This document shows positions 22,638 to 32,740 of a stretch of 64,000 bases of DNA, piece after piece. The notes under the pieces are model-generated. The model saw only the letters and a program-made list of their open reading frames with translations. It searched no databases and was not told the origin of the DNA. Within the stretch, counting starts at the first letter, position 1, and each line of letters starts with the position of its first letter. The position numbers and the translations under genes are program-made. This stretch comes from Nitrospirales bacterium (GTDB taxonomy: Bacteria; Nitrospirota; Nitrospiria; Nitrospirales; UBA8639): contig OY729426.1 in assembly GCA_963422365.1 (NCBI GenBank), positions 160,001-224,000 of the forward strand. The letters are read 5' to 3'.

Positions 22638-22718
22638 CCGTCATCCTGAACGAAATGAAAGATCTGTTTTTCCTGAGGTGACGCGAAGCGAGATTCTTCG
22701 CGTGGCTTAAAATGACGG
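22638..22718. repeat. Intergenic REP-like palindromic element
   Basis: CCGTCATCCTGAACGAAATGAAAGATCT ... AGATTCTTCGCGTGGCTTAAAATGACGG imperfect inverted repeat. Confidence 0.6.
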
Positions 22719-22795
22719 GAGGTGGTTCGTTCATGACGGACTTTTTCTATAAGCCTATGATGAATTCTCATTTCCGCAATACCCGTTCACGCCAC

Positions 22796-23221
22796 ATGCC
22801 GACGCGGCTCGTGTGGCCTGTTCTCCTTTTCCTTGTCCTCTCTCTCTCAGCCTGTAGTTCCTGGCGAGATTCATATCTCAAAGGTGCACTAAAGAAAGCC
22901 TCGCAAGAAGAGGTCGTTGCAAAGCTCGGGGAACCGTGGAAAAAGAAGACCTCGCTTTTGAAGAATCAAACGACGTGGATCTATCGCTATGCGCTCACCA
23001 AGGACGAACTCGACCCCATGGGTGTCAACACGCTGGGACGAAGCGTGTTTCAAGCCACCGAAAACGTGGGGGCCATGATCGGACTCGCCGCTGGCAACGC
23101 TGCCAACCCGCTGAATCCAAGTGGTAAGCCCGCCTGTTTTCACTATGTCCTCACGTTTGATGAAGCTACCAAAGTCCTCCAACGTTGGGTGCGAGAAGCA
23201 TGCGCTGACACGGCTCTATGA
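22796..23221 (+). CDS. Lipoprotein (SmpA/BamE-like)
   Basis: Lipobox LSAC; SQEEVVAKLGEP..WIYRY..YVLTFD. Confidence 0.65.
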   Translation: MPTRLVWPVLLFLVLSLSACSSWRDSYLKGALKKASQEEVVAKLGEPWKKKTSLLKNQTTWIYRYALTKDELDPMGVNTLGRSVFQATENVGAMIGLAAGNAANPLNPSGKPACFHYVLTFDEATKVLQRWVREACADTAL

Positions 23222-23341
23222 TCTCGTCACCATCCAAGACCCTTGGAGCCGGTCCATCCACGTTCAGACACCCGTTCCTCATCTCCTTTCCCACGTGTGG
23301 GTCCTCGATGGGTGAACGTAACCACAAGGAAGAAAACCCGT

Positions 23342-23689
23342 ATGGCTCACGTGTTTCAATCCGGCGCGTTTTTACAACAATGCTTTTCCGTCCATCCCTT
23401 ATCGTTGAGTTTTAAGCGGTTCACGACACCCGACACGATCGGTATTTTTTGCATACATTGCAAATCTCGGCACCGCCTGACCGTTGGAACCATTACGCGC
23501 GTCCTTGGGGATTCGGAATTGTGCGAGGAAGGTGCCGGCACGAAGCTGGAGGCCTGTGCCAACCACCATCAAGAAGCCCTGCACGTCACGGAAGTGAGCG
23601 TAGACCGAGACATCGTCCAATTTCGTTGCCGTGAATGTAGAGCCGGCTTTCAGACGACGATCTCCCTGTTCGAAACCTACCAGCCTTAA
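23342..23689 (+). CDS. Cys-rich hypothetical protein (possible Zn-binding)
   Basis: CIHCKSRH, CANHH, CRECR motifs. Confidence 0.6.
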   Translation: MAHVFQSGAFLQQCFSVHPLSLSFKRFTTPDTIGIFCIHCKSRHRLTVGTITRVLGDSELCEEGAGTKLEACANHHQEALHVTEVSVDRDIVQFRCRECRAGFQTTISLFETYQP

Positions 23690-23848
23690 CCCTGTCGCTT
23701 TCTTCGTATCCTATGCGCCCAGCTATAAACAATCTGGAGTGGCAGCATCTTATACTGCCAAGAAGAACAAGCGCGAAAAAGCACATCCCTGCCTCTGAGC
23801 AGGGATCGCGCAAGCTACAGAGTGCAACCGACAGGGAACCTCTTCCTC

Positions 23849-23883
23849 AAAAAAGAGAGCCGCCCCTTATGGGGCGGCTCTCT
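23849..23883 (-). terminator. Rho-independent terminator of the peroxiredoxin gene
   Basis: AGAGAGCCGCCCC-TTAT-GGGGCGGCTCTCT with an adjacent A-run (U-tract on the minus strand). Confidence 0.85.
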
Positions 23884-23912
23884 CGGAATGAACGGAGGCC
23901 TACGAGAAGGCC

Positions 23913-24548
23913 TTATTTGTTAGGCTGTGGCGTGTACCGAAGATACGGCTTAACCGCCCGGTGGCCTTTGGGAAACTTGGAGGGAATTTCCTCATCCTTC
24001 ACCGCAGGGACAATAATACAATCTTCCCCGTCCTTCCAATTAGCAGGGGTAGCCACCTGATGCTTGGCCGTCAGTTGCAACGAGTCCACTACACGAAGAA
24101 TCTCATCAAAATTCCTTCCAGTCGATGCTGGATAGGTGAGAGTCAATTTAACTTTTTTATCAGGCCCGACGACAAAAACGGACCGCACGGTCATATTATC
24201 CAACGCATTGGGGTGGATCATGTCGTACAAATTCGCAACTTGTCGATCGGGGTCGGCGATGATCGGATACTGAACCGTACATTGTTGCGTTTCATTGATG
24301 TCGTTGATCCAGCCTTTATGTGAGTCCAATGGATCCACACTCACCGCAAGGACTTTTACATTACGCTTCTTAAAGTCATCGGTAATTTTTGCGACGGTCC
24401 CCAACTCTGTGGTACACACCGGAGTAAAATCTTTGGGATGAGAAAACAAAATACCCCACCCATCACCAAGCCATTCATGAAAATTTATTGTTCCTGCCGT
24501 CGTTTCAGCAGTAAAATTTGGAGCTTCATCCCCTAAGCGAAGTACCAT
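23913..24548 (-). CDS. 1-Cys peroxiredoxin (Prx6)
   Basis: FSHPKDFTPVCTTELG, YPASTGRNFDEILR, ATPANW. Confidence 0.93.
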   Translation of the reverse strand: MVLRLGDEAPNFTAETTAGTINFHEWLGDGWGILFSHPKDFTPVCTTELGTVAKITDDFKKRNVKVLAVSVDPLDSHKGWINDINETQQCTVQYPIIADPDRQVANLYDMIHPNALDNMTVRSVFVVGPDKKVKLTLTYPASTGRNFDEILRVVDSLQLTAKHQVATPANWKDGEDCIIVPAVKDEEIPSKFPKGHRAVKPYLRYTPQPNK

Positions 24549-24823
24549 GCCGTCTCTCCTCCTTTGAAAACTTCCAAAGAATCATCACCGGTAAAAACAT
24601 CATCACATCTTATCTTTTAAAAGATGGGCAAAGCATACACTTCCCCGAAAAAGCGAGTCAACTAGCTGGGCTGGTTCAGACCCCCACCCCTCAGCAGAGG
24701 CTTAACCCAATAAAAAAACCAAAAAGGGCGGTAAACAGATCTCGATTTTTAGCCTTTTGGGTTTCAATACATTCCGCAAGCCAGCGAGGCTCGCTCTTTT
24801 TCAAAAATTATTCTATTAGGCTA

Positions 24824-25054
24824 TTAGGCTGACTGTTGAGCCTCAGCCGTTCTGATCACGTTAGCCGCTTGTGGCCCTTTGGCCCCTTCCACGAGATCAA
24901 ATTCAACCAGTTCACCTTCTTTCAGTGTTTTAAATCCCTCACCCTGAAGCGCTGAATAGTGCACAAAGACATCTTGTTCCTCTTCGACTCGAATAAATCC
25001 AAAGCCCTTTCGATCATTAAACCATTTGACTATCCCAGACTTTCGATCACTCAC
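24824..25054 (-). CDS. Cold-shock protein
   Basis: [35 protein letters not shown] before GTG 25054. Confidence 0.93.
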   Translation of the reverse strand: MSDRKSGIVKWFNDRKGFGFIRVEEEQDVFVHYSALQGEGFKTLKEGELVEFDLVEGAKGPQAANVIRTAEAQQSA

Positions 25055-25435
25055 AAACACCTCCCTTATCATGGACCAGGGAAAACCGTGGTTTTACCCA
25101 AAAAGGCCCTAAAAAAACAAACCGCAGACAGGCTTTTGCCTTCTGCGGCAGATCTTATAAAATAAACTTCATTATCAATAAAGTCCTAAAAATATTTTAC
25201 AATCGTCTACCATAGTTCGAGAAATCTGTCAACATGACACCTAAAACGAGAGACGTCGCAGCAAATCTTGCGGTCTGGAACAAGAGTCGTGATGTGCCTG
25301 CCACACTCAACTGTTTGATTTATAAGCAGTTCATGTAACACCTTCCACTCAATTTGTCCCTGAGTCTGTCGAAGGATTACGTTTGTGTTGGTGGCATCCT
25401 AGACGAAGCACGATGACTCTCATCCTGTCAACAAA

Positions 25436-27163
25436 TCAAATTTTGAATTGCGCTTCATACAAATTGGCATAGATCCCCTTTTCGTCCAACAACTCGGCAT
25501 GAGTTCCCTCTGCAACCACTCGTCCTCGCTCAAGCACAATAATCCGATCAACTTGTTGCAACGTGGTAAGACGATGCGCGATAAAAATGGTGGTGCGCCC
25601 TTGAGTGAGAACAGTCAACGCTTCGCGAATTTTCACTTCCGTCTCCGTATCAATATTCGATGTGGCTTCGTCGAAGACAGCAATGGGGGGATTTTTCAGT
25701 AACACCCGGGCAATGGCCACCCGTTGTTTTTCACCAACAGACAATTTCACGCCCCGTTCCCCAATCCAGGTTTCGTATTGTTCCGGGAGCTCCATGATAA
25801 AATCATGAGCCCGCGCCGCGACGGCGACTTGTTCGATGGTCTGATCGGTGGCATCAAGATCGCCGTAGATGATATTTTCTCGAACCGTCCCATTAAAGAG
25901 AAACGGCTCCTGTTGCACCAACCCGATTTGTGAACGCAAAAACGCCAGCGGCATATTTCGGACATCCATGCCATCCAACGCCAGCGTGCCTCCCTTCACG
26001 TCATAAAAACGCATCAGGAGTTTGATCAGCGTACTCTTTCCTGCGCCACTCGGGCCTACTAAGGCAACGTGCTCTCCCGCCTCCAAGCTGAGGGAGACCC
26101 CGTGCAAGACCTGCACCTCCGGCTTATACGCAAAGTCCACGCCTTCGAACTGCACACTCCCACGAAAACGAGCAGTCGGCGCCACCACCCCTAGGCGATC
26201 CTCGACATCGGACTTAGTATCCAAGACATCAAATATTCGTTCACTCGCCGCAAGGGCATGCTGAAGCATATGGTTGACGGAATGGATTTGATTCACCGGA
26301 ACATAGAACAGCGCCAAATACGCCACAAACATCACGAGTTCCCCTACTTTCAGATGCCCTTGCGCGACCTCCGTTGACCCAACCCACAGAATGAGTACCG
26401 TGCCCATGGCCCCAAGAAAAATCATCCCCGGTGAATAGACGGACCAAAGAAACATGGCTTTGAGATTACTCTGACTGACCTCGCGATTTTTGGCATCGAA
26501 TCGTTCCCGTTCAAACGAATGGCGATTAAAGGCCATGGTTTCTCGAATGCCTGAAAGCGCGTCTTGAAGATAGCCGCTCAGATCGGCCGTATTCTTCCGA
26601 ATTTCGTGGTAATATCCATGGACCCGACGAGAAAACTTCACAGCAGACAGCATCAAAATCGGGATGGGAACCAGCGCCAAAAGCGCCAACTTCCAATTGA
26701 CCACAAAGAGGACAACGGTGATACCGATCAGGGTCAATGATGCCGTCAACATGCCCTCCAACCCATCGATAAAAATACGCTCGACGTGTTCGGTATCATT
26801 CATGATTCGCGACATAATTTCTCCGGTCGATCGATCCTCATAAAAATTGATCGAGAGCCGCTGCAAAGCATGAAACACTTGTTGCCGCAGTTGAAACACG
26901 ACGCGTTGCTCCAAGATATTGTTAAACCGAATTCGCAGCGAGTTCGCGACATTCTTGAAACCATAGGCCAGGACTAATCCGCCTAACACCCACGGCAATA
27001 AGGAGAATTGGTTCTCCTGAATCACGTCGTCGATCAGCACCTTCACCAGCCAAGGCGGCAAGAGATCGAAAATCGTTGCCAGGGCTGCGAAGGATAAGGT
27101 CGTCAGGACAAGAGGCCGGTGGGGCCGCAAATACCCGAAAATGCGGATGAGAACGTTCATCAC
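25436..27163 (-). CDS. ABC exporter, fused permease/ATPase (MsbA-like)
   Basis: N-terminal TM domain, GPSGAGKST, LSVGEKQR, FDEATSNID. Confidence 0.92.
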   Translation of the reverse strand: MMNVLIRIFGYLRPHRPLVLTTLSFAALATIFDLLPPWLVKVLIDDVIQENQFSLLPWVLGGLVLAYGFKNVANSLRIRFNNILEQRVVFQLRQQVFHALQRLSINFYEDRSTGEIMSRIMNDTEHVERIFIDGLEGMLTASLTLIGITVVLFVVNWKLALLALVPIPILMLSAVKFSRRVHGYYHEIRKNTADLSGYLQDALSGIRETMAFNRHSFERERFDAKNREVSQSNLKAMFLWSVYSPGMIFLGAMGTVLILWVGSTEVAQGHLKVGELVMFVAYLALFYVPVNQIHSVNHMLQHALAASERIFDVLDTKSDVEDRLGVVAPTARFRGSVQFEGVDFAYKPEVQVLHGVSLSLEAGEHVALVGPSGAGKSTLIKLLMRFYDVKGGTLALDGMDVRNMPLAFLRSQIGLVQQEPFLFNGTVRENIIYGDLDATDQTIEQVAVAARAHDFIMELPEQYETWIGERGVKLSVGEKQRVAIARVLLKNPPIAVFDEATSNIDTETEVKIREALTVLTQGRTTIFIAHRLTTLQQVDRIIVLERGRVVAEGTHAELLDEKGIYANLYEAQFKI

Positions 27164-27269
27164 GTTTCACACAACGACAACCCGACCAGGGTCCAGCCTT
27201 TCAGAAGCGGTCGCGTGAGAGAAGGCAAATCCCAAGACCGACGGTGGGAACAAAGCAGGAGAACAGTGC

Positions 27270-27800
27270 CTAAATAACTGTAGCAGGTTCTTGTTTCCAG
27301 TACGCGTCAAATTCCTTTAACTGAGTCAACGTCGACAGATCTGCCATTCTGTCCAAAAAGAGTTTTCCGATCAAATGGTCCATTTCATGTTGGATGCACA
27401 CGGCAAACAAACCCGACGCGTCAAAATCGACGGCACACCCCTCCCTGTTCAAAGCTTGGACCCGAATAGAAGACGGACGAGTCACTTTTCCGCGCAGCCC
27501 ATCCACGCTTAAACAACCCTCCCACATTTCGACTTGAGCAGGGCCATAAAACACAATCTTGGGATTGATCAAGACCGTCTCGGGAAACGTATCCTCGCCT
27601 TCACATCGCATCACAACAAGTTGTTCGGAACGTGCCACTTGGGGAGCCGCTAACCCAATCCCATCGTTCTCAGACATCGTGTCAAACATATCGTCGATAA
27701 ATTGTTGATAGGCACGCGTGGGGATGATCGCCTGAACAATCGGCGCAGCCATTTTCCGTAAGACAGGATTCCCCATTTTTGCAATCGGCAAGGTTGCCAT
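27270..27800 (-). CDS. def: Peptide deformylase
   Basis: GIGLAAPQV, EGCLSV, QHEMDHL. Confidence 0.95.
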   Translation of the reverse strand: MATLPIAKMGNPVLRKMAAPIVQAIIPTRAYQQFIDDMFDTMSENDGIGLAAPQVARSEQLVVMRCEGEDTFPETVLINPKIVFYGPAQVEMWEGCLSVDGLRGKVTRPSSIRVQALNREGCAVDFDASGLFAVCIQHEMDHLIGKLFLDRMADLSTLTQLKEFDAYWKQEPATVI

Positions 27801-27865
27801 CGTGGTCTCCCTTTAGGCCCACATATCAGGGCATCATTCTGTCAGAGTCCTCAAAAACCGTGTCA

Positions 27866-28669
27866 TTAGGAAACAGGCTCGGATTGTTGCGTGTTCGGCG
27901 GAGCCCCACGATTCTTGAGGGCCCTGTCCCACCATGCCTTCCATTCCTGAGCCCACGCGATTCGTTGCTCATGGGTCGAGCCTTGCCAATCACGTGGCGG
28001 GCCACCCCATCGGGTTAACCGCCAGAACGACTCAAGGGCCGTGACGGACACATATTTTTCCTGATCAGCCAGCAACTCGATAAGGAGCGACACCGCTTCC
28101 GGACGTCTCACGTGGCGAGACTCAAAAGCCACTGTTCGCCGAATGGTATCATGCTCATCCTTCACTAACTCTTGCAGCGTTGACAGCACCTCCATAGGCG
28201 CCAACCGGACAGCCACGCGAAGGGCATGAGCCCGCACCCTCGTGACTTCCTCTCTATCCCTCGCAGCGTCAAGTAAAGCCGGCACGGCTTGTGGATCTTT
28301 AATAATCGACAGCGTTTCAATTGCATTATAACGAAGCCGGCTCCCAGGCAGTTTGAGGGCTTTCACTAAGACGGGCACAACGGGTTTTCCCAAGTGTACG
28401 AACTCAGCGATCACATACAGTTCTTGCTGTCCTTCCAATAGAGGCAACAAGGCTTCTGCCCGTTTCAACTCCTTTTCAGAAAGGACTTCCGGAGCAGGGG
28501 CGGCTTGTTCGACTTCTGGAAATTCTGGCTGGGGTGGGGCGTTATAAGGGATTTGGACCGGAAGAAGAGAGGCCGATCGAGAAACCATTGTGCCAACGTC
28601 CGCAAGGGAGATCGACGCACAAAAGAGGCTACTCCACCCCACCACGATCCATACGATACCGACTCTCAT
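27866..28669 (-). CDS. Exported HEAT-repeat protein
   Basis: Signal peptide; VPVLVKAL, AVPALL, AVSLLIELL repeats. Confidence 0.7.
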   Translation of the reverse strand: MRVGIVWIVVGWSSLFCASISLADVGTMVSRSASLLPVQIPYNAPPQPEFPEVEQAAPAPEVLSEKELKRAEALLPLLEGQQELYVIAEFVHLGKPVVPVLVKALKLPGSRLRYNAIETLSIIKDPQAVPALLDAARDREEVTRVRAHALRVAVRLAPMEVLSTLQELVKDEHDTIRRTVAFESRHVRRPEAVSLLIELLADQEKYVSVTALESFWRLTRWGGPPRDWQGSTHEQRIAWAQEWKAWWDRALKNRGAPPNTQQSEPVS

Positions 28670-29068
28670 ACACCCTCTCCTTTTCTAGGGAATGATGAAC
28701 GACATGCTATTTTAGTCTAGTGCGTTCCCCTCAAGTGGGTCAAGGCAAAGAGGACCGCCATGAACCCCAGAGACTGCGTGAGTGCCCTTCTGTGGTCATC
28801 CTGAACAAAACGCCAATCCTGTAAGGCGCCATCTCATGGCGCCTCCTTCTAGCTCTTTTCTCTTGTGCCATTCCCAATGCTTGTCCCCGACCTGCTCGGT
28901 GATCTAATCGGGAATCCAGTCCATGTGTAGGCCGGATAATTTCGAGATCTTGGGGGTATTGATAACAAAATTACCATTCTTTAATCTTGATCCTATGAAT
29001 GTTAAAATTAGTGTTCTGCGTTTTCATGATGATGTTCATGACGACTTTCTGGAGAAGGAGGGTTCCAT

Positions 29069-29980
29069 ATGAGATCAGTGAGATTTCTCCTTGGCTTAGG
29101 ATTAGTGATCGGACTGAGCACAAGCCCAAGCTGGGGATATGAAGAAACCACCGTATCCAACGGCGGAACCTTACAGGGGATGGTCAAGTTGCTCGGAGAA
29201 GTCCCCAAACCCAAGGGATACAACCTCGTCACCTTGCCGGACGCCGTGTATTGCGGCCGCATCTCGACCGGAACGGGCTGGCGTCTCCTGCAACCCTTTG
29301 TCATCGGACCCACCGGAGGATTTAAAAATGTGGTCATTTACATTGGAAAAATCCACAAGGGGAAACCCTTCAGCTATGTCCCGCCCCAGATCAAGGCGAT
29401 CGACTGCACATTCGAGCCTTATATCACCATCGTCCGAGACAAGCACGACATCGAAGTAGTGAATATGGACCCTGTTTTTCATGATATTCAAGGATATGAA
29501 ACCTCAACGTTCGGAGCCCGGGTCCTCTTTAATGTCCCCTTGCCGATGAGTAAAAAACTGCGTAAAGAAGTGTTCCTTGCCGGCAAGACGGTCAAAGATC
29601 GAGCAGGCAAGGTGTTGACCCAACGCATCAACATGGGGAAACAGCGAAAGCTGTTTGTAATGCAATGCGGATTTCACGCCTACATGGAAAGTTGGGGGTT
29701 TGCGGTCACAAACCCCTACTACGCACTCACGGCGAAAGACGGCTCGTATTCGATTACGGATATCCCGCCCGGAACCTATAAGGTACAGGTCTGGCATCCC
29801 ATGGTTCAGAAAGAATATACCGTGACGATCACTCCCAACGGCACCACCGAATTGCAGATTGAGATCAATGCGCCGAAAGGCCGACTCTACGCCAACGAAA
29901 TGAGTGAAGGAACACGCTTCGGCATGGAATTGCTTGGGGACGTCACCGTTAAACCCAGTGTGGAACGCCAAACCTATTAA
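29069..29980 (+). CDS. Periplasmic carboxypeptidase-regulatory-like/cupredoxin-like domain protein
   Basis: Signal peptide, CTFEP, NMDPVFH, CGFHAYM, DIPPGTYKVQVWHP. Confidence 0.7.
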   Translation: MRSVRFLLGLGLVIGLSTSPSWGYEETTVSNGGTLQGMVKLLGEVPKPKGYNLVTLPDAVYCGRISTGTGWRLLQPFVIGPTGGFKNVVIYIGKIHKGKPFSYVPPQIKAIDCTFEPYITIVRDKHDIEVVNMDPVFHDIQGYETSTFGARVLFNVPLPMSKKLRKEVFLAGKTVKDRAGKVLTQRINMGKQRKLFVMQCGFHAYMESWGFAVTNPYYALTAKDGSYSITDIPPGTYKVQVWHPMVQKEYTVTITPNGTTELQIEINAPKGRLYANEMSEGTRFGMELLGDVTVKPSVERQTY

Positions 29981-30052
29981 GAGACACCGTAACGCCTCAG
30001 GACAGCCCCAGCCGATTTTCTTCTGACAGGCGAAAAGAAGGGCGGCTCGCCA

Positions 30053-30778
30053 ATGGCGAACCCCGAACATATCACCGTACTCAAACAAGGGCCACGCCAG
30101 TGGAATGCCTTTCGAAAGAACAATCCTTCAATGCGTCCCGATGTATCGAGTGCCGATCTTTCGAGATGGGATTTATCGGAAGCCGACCTGACCGGAGCCA
30201 ATTTAAACGACGCGAATCTGAGTCACGCCAACCTTTCGCATGCTCGTCTTGACGGAGCCAATTTAGGGGAAGCCAATCTTCTCAATGCGAAGATGACGGG
30301 AGCGAAGGGGCACCACACCAATCTGAGTGAAGCCGACATCGGCAACGCCGATCTCAGCAAGGCCGACTTTCGGCACAGCACGTTCTTGAAAGCCGATCTG
30401 TCCGGGGCCAATCTGTCGAACGCCACGCTTTCACATGCGAACTTCCATTTTGCCAAGTTAGAACATAGCATCCTCAATGCGTCGGATCTCAGGCATGCCA
30501 AGCTGCGGGAGGCCTCTCTCACTCACGCGCAAATGGAACACGCTCAATTAGACCATGCCGATCTGGCCCATGCCTCGCTCGCCCAATCGAATCTTCGCCA
30601 TGCCTCCTTCCAGAACACCTCACTCATTCAAACCAACCTTGAACAGGCGAATATAGAAGATGCGCAACATCTCGGGCATAAGCAACTCGCCAAAACGCGA
30701 AGCCTTGTCCATACGATCGCAGACCAAGCTCTTCTTGACAAAGTCGCCATCGCCAACCCTAAGTTGTTCACCACTTAG
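30053..30778 (+). CDS. Pentapeptide repeat protein
   Basis: MANPEH..WNAFR leader followed by tandem A(D/N)Lxx repeats. Confidence 0.92.
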   Translation: MANPEHITVLKQGPRQWNAFRKNNPSMRPDVSSADLSRWDLSEADLTGANLNDANLSHANLSHARLDGANLGEANLLNAKMTGAKGHHTNLSEADIGNADLSKADFRHSTFLKADLSGANLSNATLSHANFHFAKLEHSILNASDLRHAKLREASLTHAQMEHAQLDHADLAHASLAQSNLRHASFQNTSLIQTNLEQANIEDAQHLGHKQLAKTRSLVHTIADQALLDKVAIANPKLFTT

Positions 30779-30875
30779 GGCACCCCTTCGACCGGACACA
30801 TGGTTTGTTCCGCAACCCTTTTGCTGATTGAAGCTGCATCGCAGACGGCGGTGGTGCTGTGTTCGCAAAGGATCG

Positions 30876-31256
30876 TTAGACCTGGAATCCGAGTGCTGCG
30901 GCTACAGTCCGCTGCCGATCGTCGAGCGTGATGAACGAAATTTCACTTGGCTCGCTGGCGAGGTAGAGGGCCGTCGCGACATGCCACAGATCGGCACCCC
31001 GCAAGTAGCCGACCTGGAGCACCGTCTCGAACTCGTGGGTCAGCGGACGATCCGGCAGGACCCACTCGATGCCTGAGACAAGATTTGGTGCAAAGCAGTG
31101 TCTCGCGCGCGTGAATGCGGCCCACAGTTCTGCATCGAGCAAATTCGAGGACAGAAGACGCGAAAACGCGTCCGGACGCCGGGCGAGGGCAGCCGCACCT
31201 TGCTCGTTGAATGCAATGGCAACGAATGTGAACGTGTCGACGTAGGCGACGCTCAT
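30876..31256 (-). CDS. PIN-domain (VapC-like) toxin
   Basis: YVDT..E..LRGADLWHVATA..FITLDDRQ acidic PIN motifs. Confidence 0.8.
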   Translation of the reverse strand: MSVAYVDTFTFVAIAFNEQGAAALARRPDAFSRLLSSNLLDAELWAAFTRARHCFAPNLVSGIEWVLPDRPLTHEFETVLQVGYLRGADLWHVATALYLASEPSEISFITLDDRQRTVAAALGFQV

Positions 31257-31517
31257 TCGTCGCGTTCGGCGAGAAATCGTTCAAGGGCGCCTGGCGCCGC
31301 CCTACCACTTCCATGGGCTTCCTGGGCTCGCCCGAGCCAACCAAGATCCCTTGCCGTTCAAGGTCATCGAGTCGCACTTCGATCGTCGCAGGCGGGTGCC
31401 TGACCGCGCGAATCTCGGCTACGGGCTTTCCCCGATAGGAAGCCGTGACCATCTTCCCATCGCGCACCTGCCGGAGAACCTCGCCTTAACGTCATATGCC
31501 GAATACGTGATACCCAT
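31253..31517 (-). pseudogene. Phd/YefM antitoxin with two frameshifts
   Basis: MGITYSAYDVKARFS / RQVRDGKMVTASYRGKPVAEIR / GALERFLAERDE-TGA; corrected stop overlaps the vapC ATG (ATGA). Confidence 0.8.
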
Positions 31518-31587
31518 GGCCATTATGTTCACTGGTCAGACTATCAAGCAAATTCGTCCATGATTGACACCGCCAATGTGACGGTAT

Positions 31588-31700
31588 CTTCTTCACCTCA
31601 GACACGTACGGTGGCAGCCTGGCTTTTTTCTCGAAGCGCTCGATCAACTCGCAGGCGGCTTCGACCATGGCCTGCTCGGTCTTGATCTCCGTGGCGATTA
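31588..31700 (-). repeat. hsdM-S 3' tail copy 5 (most decayed)
   Basis: IATEIKTEQAMVEAACELIERFEKK / QAATVRV*GEED. Confidence 0.75.
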
Positions 31701-31851
31701 GGGAACGGTTAGGCAAGAGGTGGGTGAGGGTGAGTGTTGATACTTGGTCAAAGACTCTCTTCTTACTCTATGACGATCTGCGTTTTCCTTATCTCCCTTA
31801 CAATAAATCTCGATACATTCAATGCGTTGCACTTGCTCAAGATACGAGTAG

Positions 31852-32624
31852 CTGACGCGAAGTGACAATCCCTTCAAATATCGGCAACCTCATACGAAAG
31901 CGGCTTGCGTCTTGCGCGGATTTCCACGGAATATCCTCGTGGAAATCATTGTCTATCTCTTTCGCATTTTTATCGGAGAGACGGGCTAACACACCATCAC
32001 GCTGCTCAACGTCACGAGCAAAAAATATGTCAAGGTTGGGACACTTGAGCGGGAGGCATTGCTTCTGACTATATTGGAATTATTGACTATTGACCGCCTC
32101 AATGTCTCCACTCTCTTGCATGCTTTTCAGAATTGAATCTCATGCAACCGACGTGGGACCGTGCTGATTTTTGAGGTACGTCGCACCCATGAAGGTTTTC
32201 TCGAATTTTTCGTAATATTCAAAATCAATACAATACAGCAGGTTATGAAAGACGATCTCACCAACATTCGGCTTGCCGCCAATTTCATTCAAGACAGAAA
32301 GAAGTACTTGCTTGAATGTATCCAGATTTTTTTCCTCAACGCGAATCCGGAGGTCTCCGGTTTTTCGCACAGACTGTTTTGTGAGTGTCACGGTATGCTT
32401 CGGCTCGCGGCCCGCCAAAAAATCTTCAGCGACAGATCAAAAATCCCCGCCTATCTACTGGCCTCGCCCACCTTAAGCTCCTGCTCATCTCGCTCGCTGT
32501 ACACATAGGTAGAACGAGACATCCCAAGCTCGGACGCAAGGCGTTCTTATGTCATGTTGCGCTCGGTGCGTTGCCGTTGAATGTTAGTTTATTCTTCTTG
32601 AGATATAGTAAAATCAACTGCCAC
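31852..32624 (-). pseudogene. HTH + DUF4065 (Panacea/SocA-like) protein, multiple stops
   Basis: HTH remnant MT*ERLASELGMSRSTY; KFKQVLL-like TFKQVLL..GGKPNVGE..LLYCIDF..MGATYLKNQHGP, later HEDIPW; interrupted by stops. Confidence 0.7.
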
Positions 32625-32740
32625 CGGAAGCAAGCTCTGTTTATAACAGGGCAATTGCTTGTGTTGACCAGAAAATTCACTCCATAAAGCCATAATTACT
32701 CCGTTTGAAGTGAACTGAAGATACAATTGGAATAATCAAA

